Source: a bacterium (GTDB lineage: Bacteria; UBA8248). Taken from it: a DNA stretch of 64,000 bases. The notes beneath the pieces are model-generated. The model was not told where the DNA came from. It was given only the letters and a program-made list of their open reading frames with translations, and did no database searches. Both the position numbers and the translations under genes were made by a program. Location of the stretch: NCBI GenBank assembly GCA_965199855.1, contig OZ241326.1, forward strand, positions 1,728,001 through 1,792,000, written 5' to 3'. This document shows, one piece after another, positions 8,546 through 17,894 of this stretch. Each line of letters opens with the position of its first letter. The stretch's first letter is position 1.

Positions 8546-9928
8546 TCACGGCTTCATGCCGATGGCCTCAATTTGCACCAGCGCGTCCGAAACCGGGCCG
8601 GGGCCATGCACGATCACGCACTCGAACGCGGGGAGATTCTCGTCGAGGAAGGTCTCGCGGACCGCTTCATAGACCCGCAGGTCCTCCGGCTCCGACAGAT
8701 AGACCGTCGTCTTGACGAGGTCCGCCAGCTCCATCTCGGCCGCGGCGGCGGCCTCGCGCAGCCGCTCCCACGCCATCCAGCACTGCGCGGCGAGTCCCGG
8801 ACGCCGCTCATCCTCCCGCAGCCGCGACACGGCGCGACGCCCCGCCTCCGGGAGCGCCTCCGCGCTTCGCGAGATCGTCCCCGCCGCATCTACGCCCGGC
8901 GTCCCGGAAAAGAAGAGCAGGGGCCCCGCTCGCGTGACGGCGGGGGCGGCGAAGGGCGCCGTCCCCGGCCACGGGATGGATTGGCGGACGAGTCCGCCGC
9001 TCTTCTCCATGACGGTGACCTCGATTTCGACGCGCGTGCCGCGGTGTCCCACCTCGTCGAACCCCACGACGCAGAGCGACGGACGGGTTTCGGGGAAGAA
9101 ATGGGCGTGCACTCGATGGAAGGTCGGGAAATCGCGCAGATCGCCCAGAAAAACCGTCGCGTGGATGACGTCTTCGAGCGCCATGCCGCCGCCCTCGAGC
9201 GTGCGGCGTACCTCGTGGTAGATGTACCAGGACTGCGAGGCGATCGGGCCATGCCGGCTGTCCGGATGGCTGCGCCCCGTCGCCAGGAAGCGGCCTTCTT
9301 CAGGAATGTCGGCGTAGGAGTTGACGAGCGGCATCCCGGGCTCGGCGGTCTTGATGGCGATATGGCCGGCGAGGAAGGCGAACGGGCCCGATCTTATCGC
9401 CTGCGAGTAGTGCGAGGCCGAAGGCAGGTCCGGGTTATAGACGTCCGTCAGAACCTCGCGGTCGCCGAATACGCCGCCGTTTTCCGGGCAGACGGCGATG
9501 GCGTCGATCCCGATCCAGCAGTCCGTGCGCCCGGCGACGGATTTCACCCCCAGGCCGCTGCTGGGCGCGGGCGTGGGCTGCCAGTGCACGCGGATGTGCT
9601 CGTAGCTGGGGAAAAAGCGCTTGTCGCGCTGCCAGATGTGCTGGCGCAGCACCTGATCGCCGCGCGTTCCGGCCGCGGAGAGAACTTTTTCGAGGCTGTC
9701 GTGGACCGCCCAGGAGTCGGCGCTGACCCGGCCTTCCATGAGGTCGGGCAGGTGATAGCCCTGCATCTGTTCGCGCCCCGCCTCCGGCAGATCCGCGAAT
9801 CCCGCCGGGCCGCCGGGCCGCAGTCCTGATATGAACAGAAGCTCGCCGGCCCTGACCGCCGTTGGATAGGGCGGAAAAGCGCAGGCGACGGTCTCACAGG
9901 CAATCGGGGTCTTTTTCATCCTTGACAA
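8546..9928 (-). CDS. Protein of three tandem Rid (YjgF/YER057c/UK114)-like domains
   Basis: Three repeats of [Y/A]..A.R.G...F.SG/AG ... IDA/IEV/IEA; start TTG 9928 or ATG 9919. Confidence 0.8.
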   Translation of the reverse strand: MSRMKKTPIACETVACAFPPYPTAVRAGELLFISGLRPGGPAGFADLPEAGREQMQGYHLPDLMEGRVSADSWAVHDSLEKVLSAAGTRGDQVLRQHIWQRDKRFFPSYEHIRVHWQPTPAPSSGLGVKSVAGRTDCWIGIDAIAVCPENGGVFGDREVLTDVYNPDLPSASHYSQAIRSGPFAFLAGHIAIKTAEPGMPLVNSYADIPEEGRFLATGRSHPDSRHGPIASQSWYIYHEVRRTLEGGGMALEDVIHATVFLGDLRDFPTFHRVHAHFFPETRPSLCVVGFDEVGHRGTRVEIEVTVMEKSGGLVRQSIPWPGTAPFAAPAVTRAGPLLFFSGTPGVDAAGTISRSAEALPEAGRRAVSRLREDERRPGLAAQCWMAWERLREAAAAAEMELADLVKTTVYLSEPEDLRVYEAVRETFLDENLPAFECVIVHGPGPVSDALVQIEAIGMKP

Positions 9929-9964
9929 GTCCTCCGCGGCCCGGCCGCGCGGCGGGCGAGGCGG

Positions 9965-10726
9965 CTACATCGCCAGCGTCCCGCCGTCGCACGAAATGAA
10001 GGCGCCGTTCATGAAGTCGTTCTCCTCGGAGACGAGGAAGAGCGAGACTTCGGCCATCTCCTCGGGGCTGGCGAAGCGGTTCACGGGAATGCGGGGCAGC
10101 TTCGCCCTGGCGCGCTCGGGCTCGTCGACGTGTATCCGCCGCACGCGCTCGCTCTCGGTGGTGCCCGGCATGAGGCAGTTGACGCGCAGGCCCATGGGGC
10201 CGAGCTCCACGGCCAGCGCCCGCGTCAGGTTGTGCATCGAGGTCTTGGTGGCGCAGTAGAGCGCGTTGCCGGAGACGCCGCGCTCGCCGTCGATGGAGCC
10301 GATCATCAGGATTCTGCCCCTGCCCCGGGGCGCCATGGCCCGCGCCGCCTCGCGCGTGGCGATGAAAACGGATTTCGCGTTGACTTCGTAGAGATCGTCG
10401 ATCTCCTCGTCCGTGAAGTCCAGGAAGCGCTTGTGCCCCCGCATGGCGGCGCAGTTCACCAGGACGTCAAGGCCGCCCAGCCGCGCCAGGCCGTCGCGCA
10501 CGAGGTCGTTCGCCTTTCCCGAATCCCTGAGGTCGTAGCACCGGCCGTCGATGCGGCCGCCTCCCGCCCCGCAGTCGGCGATGAGCTTCTCGAGGCGCTC
10601 CCGGTTGAAGCCGCCCGCCGCCCAGAGGGACGCGCCCTCCGCGCTGAACCTGCGCGCGATGGCCGCCCCGATGCCGGAGGAGGCGCCCGTGATGATGACC
10701 CTCTTTCCCGCCAGCCTGCCCGCCAT
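9965..10726 (-). CDS. Short-chain dehydrogenase/reductase (SDR)
   Basis: ITGASSGIG, YCATK catalytic motif, RVNCLMPG, DGG. Confidence 0.9.
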   Translation of the reverse strand: MAGRLAGKRVIITGASSGIGAAIARRFSAEGASLWAAGGFNRERLEKLIADCGAGGGRIDGRCYDLRDSGKANDLVRDGLARLGGLDVLVNCAAMRGHKRFLDFTDEEIDDLYEVNAKSVFIATREAARAMAPRGRGRILMIGSIDGERGVSGNALYCATKTSMHNLTRALAVELGPMGLRVNCLMPGTTESERVRRIHVDEPERARAKLPRIPVNRFASPEEMAEVSLFLVSEENDFMNGAFISCDGGTLAM

Positions 10727-10749
10727 GCCTTCCTCCCCTGCGTGAAGAA

Positions 10750-11637
10750 TCAGCCTTCCTCGTCCGGCAGCAGCGCGGACTCCCCCAGCGAGCGCGGGTC
10801 GCGCGTCGGCCATCGGCCGGCGTCCACCTCGGTGATGAAGTCGAGAACGATCCGGTTGAACATGGCGGGCTCCTCGAGATTGATGAGGTGGCCCGCGTTC
10901 GGGAAGGTGACGAGGGCGGCCGTCGGAATCGCGCGCTTCATGAACAGGGCGGGCTCCAGGCAGGGATAGTCCTCGTCTCCCGTGAGGATGAGCGTGGGCA
11001 CGGCGCAGCTCTTCATCGACTCCTCGAGCTCATAGACGGAGGGCCGCGCGCTCTGCACCCCGCGCATCGTGTTGGCGCAGCCCAGGGGGGAGTGGCTCAT
11101 GAAGTGGTCGATGAATTTCCGGTAGGCGAGGGCGTCCTTGCGCTTGAGCTGCATCCGGGTGGGGCCTGCGGTATAGACGGGGCCGAAGCCCTCCATGCCC
11201 TCGTTCAGAAACCGGTCGGCCACCTCGTTCGCCTCTTTCTGAAACCGCGCGCGCCCGTCGGGCTCGGAGCCGTAGCCGCACCCGGCCACGACGATGGAGC
11301 GGGCGAGCTCCGGGTGGCGCAGCCCCAGGTGGAGGCTCGCGTAGCCGCCCATCGAGAGGCCCACGACGTGGGCGGGGGCGAGGTTCAGCCCCCGGATGAG
11401 GCCGGCCAGGTCGTCCACGGCGATGTCCTGGCCGTATTGCCCCGGGTCCTCGGGCACCTCGGAGGGCGGGAAGCCCCTGGCGTTGTAGGCGACGACCCTG
11501 TATCTGCGGTTGAAATACCGCGTCTGATCCTCCCAGCTGCGGCAGTCGCCCGCGAATTCATGGACGAAGACGATGGGCGCGCCCTCGCCGCTGGCTTCGT
11601 AATGCAGGCTGACGCCGTTCGTTTTCAGTTCGGGCAT
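10750..11637 (-). CDS. Alpha/beta fold hydrolase
   Basis: C-terminal part of track ORF 10750..15126; MPELKTNGVSLHYE, GLSMGG nucleophile elbow, GDED, AGHLINLE. Confidence 0.9.
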   Translation of the reverse strand: MPELKTNGVSLHYEASGEGAPIVFVHEFAGDCRSWEDQTRYFNRRYRVVAYNARGFPPSEVPEDPGQYGQDIAVDDLAGLIRGLNLAPAHVVGLSMGGYASLHLGLRHPELARSIVVAGCGYGSEPDGRARFQKEANEVADRFLNEGMEGFGPVYTAGPTRMQLKRKDALAYRKFIDHFMSHSPLGCANTMRGVQSARPSVYELEESMKSCAVPTLILTGDEDYPCLEPALFMKRAIPTAALVTFPNAGHLINLEEPAMFNRIVLDFITEVDAGRWPTRDPRSLGESALLPDEEG

Positions 11638-11852
11638 GGCGTTTCCCTCGCAGGATGGCGCGCGAGCGCGCGGTTCGCCTCTCATGGACGGGTCAAAACT
11701 ACGGGAGAACGGGGAAAATGACAACGCGCGGCGGCGCGTTGTCCCGCGCTTTCGCCCCGCCGCCCCGCTTTGCCGGCGATCTTCCCGGGGGCGGGGTTGC
11801 TTTCCGCGCGCCCCTGGCGCATCATAACGCGAACGATTGACCCGGCCCCGGC

Positions 11853-11882
11853 TTGACAGGCCCGCCCGAGCGAAAGCATAAC
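11853..11882 (+). promoter_or_regulatory. Putative sigma70-type promoter of the desaturase gene
   Basis: TTGACA-18 nt-CATAAC about 60 nt upstream of TTG 11944. Confidence 0.4.
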
Positions 11883-11943
11883 TGCCCGAAGCGAAACTCC
11901 GGGATTCTGTCCTGACGCGCTGCCTCACCATGGGGGAACACAC

Positions 11944-13350
11944 TTGTCCACGGCTCAGAAGAAGCCCAGCCTCGCCATTCACAGAAAAGAGGAGCGCAAG
12001 CTCCAGTGGGAGACGATTTTCATCATCGGCCTGATTCACCTGCTCGCCCTGATGGCGTTCGACGCGGACTACTTCAGCGTCTCCGGCCTCGTGGTGGGCG
12101 TCGTCATGTACTTCGTGGCGGGGATGCTGGGGGTGACCATCTGCTATCACCGCCTCCTGACGCACCGCAGCTTCCAGACGCGCAAGCCGATAGAGTATTT
12201 CCTGACGTTCTGCGCCTGCCAGGCGCTCCAGAGCGGCCCCATCGAGTGGGTGGCGATGCACCGCATCCACCACAAGGAGTCGGACGAGGAGCCCGACCCC
12301 CACTCCCCGCTCGTGAGCTTCCTGTGGGCGCACGCCGGCTGGCTTTTCGTCAGCCTGCCGGACGCGCACACCTACGAGGAGTATTCGCGCTTCGCCAGGG
12401 ATTTGCACCGGGACCGGTGGCACCGCTTCTTCAACCGCTACTTCTTCGTGATTTACCTCGCGACGGCGGCGGCCATCTACCTCGCCGGCGAGCTCTACGG
12501 CGGCCTGGGAACGTCCTGGCTCGTCTGGGGCGTATTCGTGCGGACGGTCTTCCTGTGGCACAACACCTGGGCGGTGAATTCGGTGACGCACACCTTCGGC
12601 TACCGCAACTACGACACCGACGAGGAGAGCACGAACAACTGGCTCGTCGCGCTCCTCTCCTTCGGCGAGGGGTGGCACAACAACCACCACGCGGACCAGC
12701 GCTCGGCGGCGCACGGCCAGCGGTGGTTCGAGGTCGATATCACCTACCGCTTCATCAAGGCCATGGAGTTCTTCGGCCTGGCGTGGCGGGTGATGGAGCC
12801 GCGCCAGCGGGTGGTGGCGAAGCGGCTCGACATCATGGTGGACGAGGAGGCGGTGCGCGCCGCCGACGCCAGAGGGCCGGCTTCGGCGGAGGCGCGCCCC
12901 GAAACGCTTCACACGATGACCGACCCGACGCTCCCCCTCCAGGTGCCGCAGATGCCCTCGCTGGCGGAGGCGAGCGAGGCGGCGGCGAAGTCGGCGCAGC
13001 GGGCGATGGAATCCGTGGACGCGGCGCTCGCCCACGCCGCCGACGCCCTCCGGCACAAGAAGGACGAGGCCGACCAGGCCGTTCGCCAGATGCTGGAGAA
13101 GGGCAAGGACCTGGCGATGGCGGCCGTCGAGCAGGCGAAATACGCGGCGGACGAGGCCGTCGAGTTCTCCGCCCAGGCGAGCGCGTATCTGGCGGACGCG
13201 AAGGAGGGGGCGGTGGAGTCCGCCCATCAGGCGGCCGAGAGGGCGAAGTCGCTCGCGCAGGAGGCGGCCGAGGCGGCCTCGAAGGCGGCCGACGAAACCG
13301 CGCGCGCGTTCAAGGGGGTCGAGAGGCCCGTCATCACCTCGACGATATAG
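11944..13350 (+). CDS. Delta-9-type acyl-lipid/acyl-CoA desaturase with about 180-aa Ala/Glu-rich C-terminal extension
   Basis: His boxes HRLLTH, HRIHH and GEGWHNNHH; VNSVTH; RBS GGGGGA before TTG. Confidence 0.9.
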   Translation: MSTAQKKPSLAIHRKEERKLQWETIFIIGLIHLLALMAFDADYFSVSGLVVGVVMYFVAGMLGVTICYHRLLTHRSFQTRKPIEYFLTFCACQALQSGPIEWVAMHRIHHKESDEEPDPHSPLVSFLWAHAGWLFVSLPDAHTYEEYSRFARDLHRDRWHRFFNRYFFVIYLATAAAIYLAGELYGGLGTSWLVWGVFVRTVFLWHNTWAVNSVTHTFGYRNYDTDEESTNNWLVALLSFGEGWHNNHHADQRSAAHGQRWFEVDITYRFIKAMEFFGLAWRVMEPRQRVVAKRLDIMVDEEAVRAADARGPASAEARPETLHTMTDPTLPLQVPQMPSLAEASEAAAKSAQRAMESVDAALAHAADALRHKKDEADQAVRQMLEKGKDLAMAAVEQAKYAADEAVEFSAQASAYLADAKEGAVESAHQAAERAKSLAQEAAEAASKAADETARAFKGVERPVITSTI

Positions 13351-13354
13351 ACGC

Positions 13355-13393
13355 CGCGAAAAAGCCGGAGCGCGCCGCTTCGGCTTTTTCGCG
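13355..13393. terminator. Probable intrinsic (bidirectional-type) terminator after the desaturase gene
   Basis: CGCGAAAAAGCCGGAGCG-cgc-CGCTTCGGCTTTTTCGCG inverted repeat with A/T tracts. Confidence 0.6.
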
Positions 13394-13587
13394 CCTCCCC
13401 GGCCGCGCCTCGAGCCGGGGGAAGTCCCGACGCCGGGATTCGCGGCTCCCGGATCGAGACTCTCTCCTCCGGCGGTTTTTCGAGAGAAGCCGGCTTGCTT
13501 TCGAGCGCGGGGCGCGCCCCGCCTGTTTGACGATGGGTTTTTCGACGGCGCGCGGCGGACGCCGCGCATCCTGGAGGGCCAAGGGCC

Positions 13588-14625
13588 ATGAGCGAAGCGA
13601 ACGAGGACCAGTTGCTGAAAGACCTGAAAATCTACTACGACGCCGACGCTGACCTGAACCTGCTGCAGAACAGAAAGATCGCCGTCATCGGCTACGGGAG
13701 CCAGGGGCGCGCCCACGCGCTGAACCTCCAGGACAGCGGCGCGGACGTCGTCGTGGGCCTGCGGAAGTCCTCTCCCCGCTGGAAGCAGGCGGAGGAGGAG
13801 GGCCTCGAGGTGATGGAGACGGCGGAGGCGGCGAAGGCGGGGGCGCTGGTGGTCATCCTCACGCAGGATCATCTCCAGCCCGCGATCTGGAAGGAGGACA
13901 TCGCCCCCGGCATGAAGGACGGCGACGCCCTCGTGGTCGCCCACGGCTTCAACCTGAACTACGGGCAGATTCTTCCGCCGGACAACATCGACGTCGTGAT
14001 GATCGCCCCCAAGAGCCCGGGCCACACCATGCGCTTCCAGTATGAGGACGGGCGCGGGGTGCCGGGCCTCGTGGCCGTCTTCCAGGACGCCACGGGGAAG
14101 GCGAGGGACTACGCCCTGGCCTACGGCAAGGCGGTGGGCTGCGCCCGCGCCGGCATCATCGAGACGACCATCGAGGAGGAGACCGAAACCGACCTCTTCG
14201 GCGAGCAGGCCGTGCTGTGCGGCGGCATCACCGAGCTGATTCGCGTGGCGTTCGAGACGCTCGTGGAGGCGGGCTACCAGCCCGCGCTGGCCTATTTCGA
14301 GTGCCTGCACGAGGTGAAGCTGATTACCGACCTCATCTACCAGGGCGGCATCACCATGATGCGCTACTCGGTTTCGGACACCGCCGAGTACGGCGACATC
14401 ACGCGGGGCAAGGTCGTCATCGACGACGCGACCCGCGAGCGGATGCGGGGCATCCTCAAGGACATCCAGACCGGGAAGTTCGCCAGCGAGTGGATCAACG
14501 AGAACATGGTGAACCGGCCGACCTTCAACACGGTGGTGCGCAAGGAGAAGGAGCACGCCATCGAGGTGGTCGGCCGCCGTCTGCGCGCGATGATGCCCTG
14601 GATCGAGGAGCGGGCGGTGAGGTAG
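13588..14625 (+). CDS. ilvC: Ketol-acid reductoisomerase
   Basis: [54 protein letters not shown]. Confidence 0.97.
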   Translation: MSEANEDQLLKDLKIYYDADADLNLLQNRKIAVIGYGSQGRAHALNLQDSGADVVVGLRKSSPRWKQAEEEGLEVMETAEAAKAGALVVILTQDHLQPAIWKEDIAPGMKDGDALVVAHGFNLNYGQILPPDNIDVVMIAPKSPGHTMRFQYEDGRGVPGLVAVFQDATGKARDYALAYGKAVGCARAGIIETTIEEETETDLFGEQAVLCGGITELIRVAFETLVEAGYQPALAYFECLHEVKLITDLIYQGGITMMRYSVSDTAEYGDITRGKVVIDDATRERMRGILKDIQTGKFASEWINENMVNRPTFNTVVRKEKEHAIEVVGRRLRAMMPWIEERAVR

Positions 14626-14717
14626 GGGGATATTTTCGGGAGGGGCGACCCGCTCCGCGCGGCCCGCCGCTCCGCCGCCTTGCCCGGGCGGTTCGGGGAA
14701 GCCCCCCGCGGCCGTCC

Positions 14718-14757
14718 TTTCGTAGGGGCGGTTCGGGAACCGCCCGCTTTCGAGGGC
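14718..14757 (+). repeat. GTAG-type REP-like palindrome
   Basis: TTTCGTAGGGGCGGTTCGGGAACCGCCCGCTTTCGAGGG, near-identical to the reverse complement of about 59235-59273. Confidence 0.7.
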
Positions 14758-15366
14758 GTTCGCGTCGGAAAAAGGGGGCGAGAACGCTCCCCGAGGGGAG
14801 GGCGGCGTCGGGTCGCCGGGACGCCTTCCATTCCCGCCTTCGCTCTCCGGCCCCGTCACAAAGTTCGCGGGGGGAGGAGGGGACTTTTCGGGCGTCCGGA
14901 GAGGTTCCGCGCGCGCCGCGAAAGCCGCGGATGAACGTCTGCGAATTTCGACAAAAACAGACAAATTCACGGCCTTATCCTGCAAATACGCAGCTGTTTT
15001 CCACCCTTTTTCCACCCTTTTGACGCCCTCTTTTGCTCCCCGATTCGCCGCCTTCTTTCTCCCCGCGGGCGCATCTCTCCCGCGTCCGGGAATGTATCGC
15101 AGGCCGACCCGCTCCCACAGCCGCAAATGCGGGCAGATGCGGGCAAACGCGCGCGACTGTCATTTTCGGGGCGCGATTTTTCGGCGAGAAGCCTCTTTTT
15201 CGAGGCGATCCGCGCCCTTCCGGTGAGGCTTTCGCCCGGTTTTCAGGGGCGACCCGCCGGCTTCTCGCCGGATGAGGCGGCGCGGCGCCCTTCGTCTCGC
15301 TTGAAAGAAGCGGGCGGACGGCGTATTCTTGCGGAACGCTTGTCGCTCGCCGCCGCGAGGGGACGG

Positions 15367-15846
15367 ATGAGGGTTCGGAAAATCAAGTTTCTCATCGCAG
15401 GCGCCGTCATCCTGAGCGCGTTCGCCTGGCTGGGCGTATCGGGGTTTCAGAGCGAGAATCTCGTCTATTTCCTGACCGTGGACGAGGCGTCGCGCAAAGC
15501 GCCGACCCTGGGCGGCCGCGGCGTCCGCGTGCAGGGGAAGATTGTCCCGCGAACGCTCCTGAAGAATCCCGACGCCATGCAGCTCGCCTTTCACATGCAG
15601 GGGGAGAACCGCACCCTGGCGGTAAGCTACAGGGGGGTTCCCCCCGATTTGCTCGAAAACGGATTTCCGGTCATCGCCGAGGGCAGGTTCAACGAGAAGG
15701 GCGTCCTGGTGGCGAAGAATCTGATGGTCGCGTGCCCCTCGAAATTCGAGGAGATGAAGGAGGCGGGCGAGAGCATTCCGGCGAATCACGGGAATTTGAT
15801 GGAAGAGGCCGGGAAGCGAAAGGCCGCGCCGCCCGCCGCCCGATAG
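15367..15846 (+). CDS. ccmE: Heme chaperone CcmE, Cys-type variant (CPSKF)
   Basis: N-terminal TM, VYFLTVDE, VRVQG, YRGVPPDL, VIAEG, ACPSKF; first gene of ccm operon. Confidence 0.88.
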   Translation: MRVRKIKFLIAGAVILSAFAWLGVSGFQSENLVYFLTVDEASRKAPTLGGRGVRVQGKIVPRTLLKNPDAMQLAFHMQGENRTLAVSYRGVPPDLLENGFPVIAEGRFNEKGVLVAKNLMVACPSKFEEMKEAGESIPANHGNLMEEAGKRKAAPPAAR

Positions 15847-15926
15847 GCCCGGCCTCCCGCTGAAGGGCCCTTGCGAAGCCTTCTGCGGCGCGCTGAGAGT
15901 CCGCTCCCCCCGGAGGTTTTGTTTCG

Positions 15927-17891
15927 TTGCTCGCCATTCAGTTCGGACACTACGGCCTGCTGGCGTCGTTCGTCCTGGCCGCGTTCGGCGTCTGCGCCTC
16001 CGTCGTCGGCGCGCGAAGGTGCAGGGCCCGCCTCGTCGCCGCGGGCCGAAACGCCGCCGTCTGCGTTTTCGCGCTGGTGAGCGGCGCGAGCGCGGCGCTC
16101 GTCTGGCTTCTCATGGCGCGGGACTACCGCGTCGAGTACGTGGCGGGGCACGTCAACAACACGCTGAACGGCTTCTACCGCTTCAGCGCGTTCTGGGGAG
16201 GGCAGGAGGGCAGCCTCCTCCTCTGGCTTCTGCTCCTGTGCGCGTATTCGTTCATCGTCATCCGTCAGAACCGCGACAGGAACCTGGAACTGATGCCCTA
16301 TGTGACGGCCACGCTCATGGTCACGGCGCTGTTCTTCCTGGTCATCCTGAACTTCGTCACTCCGCCCTTCGATACGCTCGCCGCCCCGCCGGCGGACGGG
16401 CGCGGCCTGAACCCCCTCCTTCAGGACTGGGGGATGGTCATCCACCCGCCCAACCTGTATCTGGGCTACGTGGGCTTCGCCGTGCCCTTCGCCTTCTGCA
16501 TCGGCGCGCTGGCCAGCGGCAGGCTCGACGCCGACTGGATCGCCGCGACGCGCCGCTGGACGCTGTTCGCCTGGTTCTTCAACGGGACGGGCATTCTGCT
16601 GGGCGGCGCCTGGGCCTACAAGGAACTGGGCTGGGGCGGATACTGGGCGTGGGACCCGGTGGAGAACGCGAGCCTCATGCCCTGGCTCACGGGAACCGCC
16701 TTTCTCCACTCGGTGATGATTCAGGAGAAGCGCGGGATGCTCAAGGTCTGGAACGTCTCGCTCATCATCATCACCTACGGGCTTACGATATTCGGCACCT
16801 TTCTGACGAGAAGCGGCATCATCTCGAGCGTGCACGCATTCGCGAACTCCTCGTTCGGCTGGGCGTTTCTGGTCTATCTGTTGGCGGCGCTGATCGTCTC
16901 CTTCGGGCTGATGATATGGCGTCTGCCCCTCCTCCAGAGCGAGCACGAGATGGAGAGCTTCTTCTCGCGCGAGGCGAGCTTTCTGCTCAACAACGTCGTG
17001 CTCGTGGGCATGACGTTCGCCGTCTTCTGGGGGACGATTTTTCCGGTCGTCTCCGAAGCCGTGAAGGGCGTCAAGGTCACCGTCGGGCCGCCCTTTTTCA
17101 ATCAGGTGAACGCGCCCATCGGCCTTTTGCTGATCCTCCTCTGCGGCGCGGGCCCCCTTTTCGCGTGGCGCAAAACGTCCCGAAGGCAGATGAACCGGAG
17201 CTTCGCCTATCCCTCGGCGGCGGCCGTGGGCGCTCTTCTCACGCTCGCGCTCTTCGGGGTCCGGCACGTCTATGCGGCGCTCGCCTTCTCCCTTTGCGCG
17301 TTCGTGGCGGGGACGATTCTCCTCGAGTATTGGAGGGGCGTCGCCTCGCGCGCGCGCCATCATGGGGAGGGCGTCGTCCGGGGCGCGTGGGAGCTCACCA
17401 TGCGCAACAAGCGGCGCTTCGGGGGCTACATCGTCCATCTGGGCATGGCGATATTGTTCGTGGGCGTGGCGGCCTCCTCCGCCTATCAGGAGGTGGGCGA
17501 GGTGCGCCTGCGCCTGGGCGAGAGCTTCGCCCTCGACGGCGTGCGGATGCGCTACGAGGGGATTCGCGAGAGCGCGACGCCGCAATACCGCTCTGCCTTC
17601 GCGCGCCTGGGCGTCTATCGGGCGGGGCGCCGCATCGGGGAGGTGGAGCCGGAGAAAAGGCTCTACTTCACGCCCCCGCAGCCGACGACGGAGCCGGGCA
17701 TCCGGCGCGGGGCGCGCTCGGACATCTACGCCGTCTTCGCCGAGGCGGATCGGGACGGGGCGGCCACGTTCAAGTTCATGGTCAACCCGCTGGTCAACTG
17801 GGTGTGGGCGGGCGGTGTGGTCTTCGCTCTCGGCTCGCTCGTCTGCTTCCTGCCCGAACGCTGGGGACGGCGGAGGAAAAGGATCGTCTGA
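15927..17891 (+). CDS. ccmF: Cytochrome c biogenesis heme lyase CcmF
   Basis: WGGQEGSLLLW, GLNPLLQ, IHPP, WAYKELGWGGYWAWDPVENASLMPW, SVHAF. Confidence 0.96.
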   Translation: MLAIQFGHYGLLASFVLAAFGVCASVVGARRCRARLVAAGRNAAVCVFALVSGASAALVWLLMARDYRVEYVAGHVNNTLNGFYRFSAFWGGQEGSLLLWLLLLCAYSFIVIRQNRDRNLELMPYVTATLMVTALFFLVILNFVTPPFDTLAAPPADGRGLNPLLQDWGMVIHPPNLYLGYVGFAVPFAFCIGALASGRLDADWIAATRRWTLFAWFFNGTGILLGGAWAYKELGWGGYWAWDPVENASLMPWLTGTAFLHSVMIQEKRGMLKVWNVSLIIITYGLTIFGTFLTRSGIISSVHAFANSSFGWAFLVYLLAALIVSFGLMIWRLPLLQSEHEMESFFSREASFLLNNVVLVGMTFAVFWGTIFPVVSEAVKGVKVTVGPPFFNQVNAPIGLLLILLCGAGPLFAWRKTSRRQMNRSFAYPSAAAVGALLTLALFGVRHVYAALAFSLCAFVAGTILLEYWRGVASRARHHGEGVVRGAWELTMRNKRRFGGYIVHLGMAILFVGVAASSAYQEVGEVRLRLGESFALDGVRMRYEGIRESATPQYRSAFARLGVYRAGRRIGEVEPEKRLYFTPPQPTTEPGIRRGARSDIYAVFAEADRDGAATFKFMVNPLVNWVWAGGVVFALGSLVCFLPERWGRRRKRIV

Positions 17892-17894
17892 AGG

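Noticed and set aside
10750-15126. 1458-aa minus-strand ORF
   Set aside because: Only the last 295 codons are a real hydrolase; the rest is the antisense shadow of the desaturase and ilvC in GC-rich DNA
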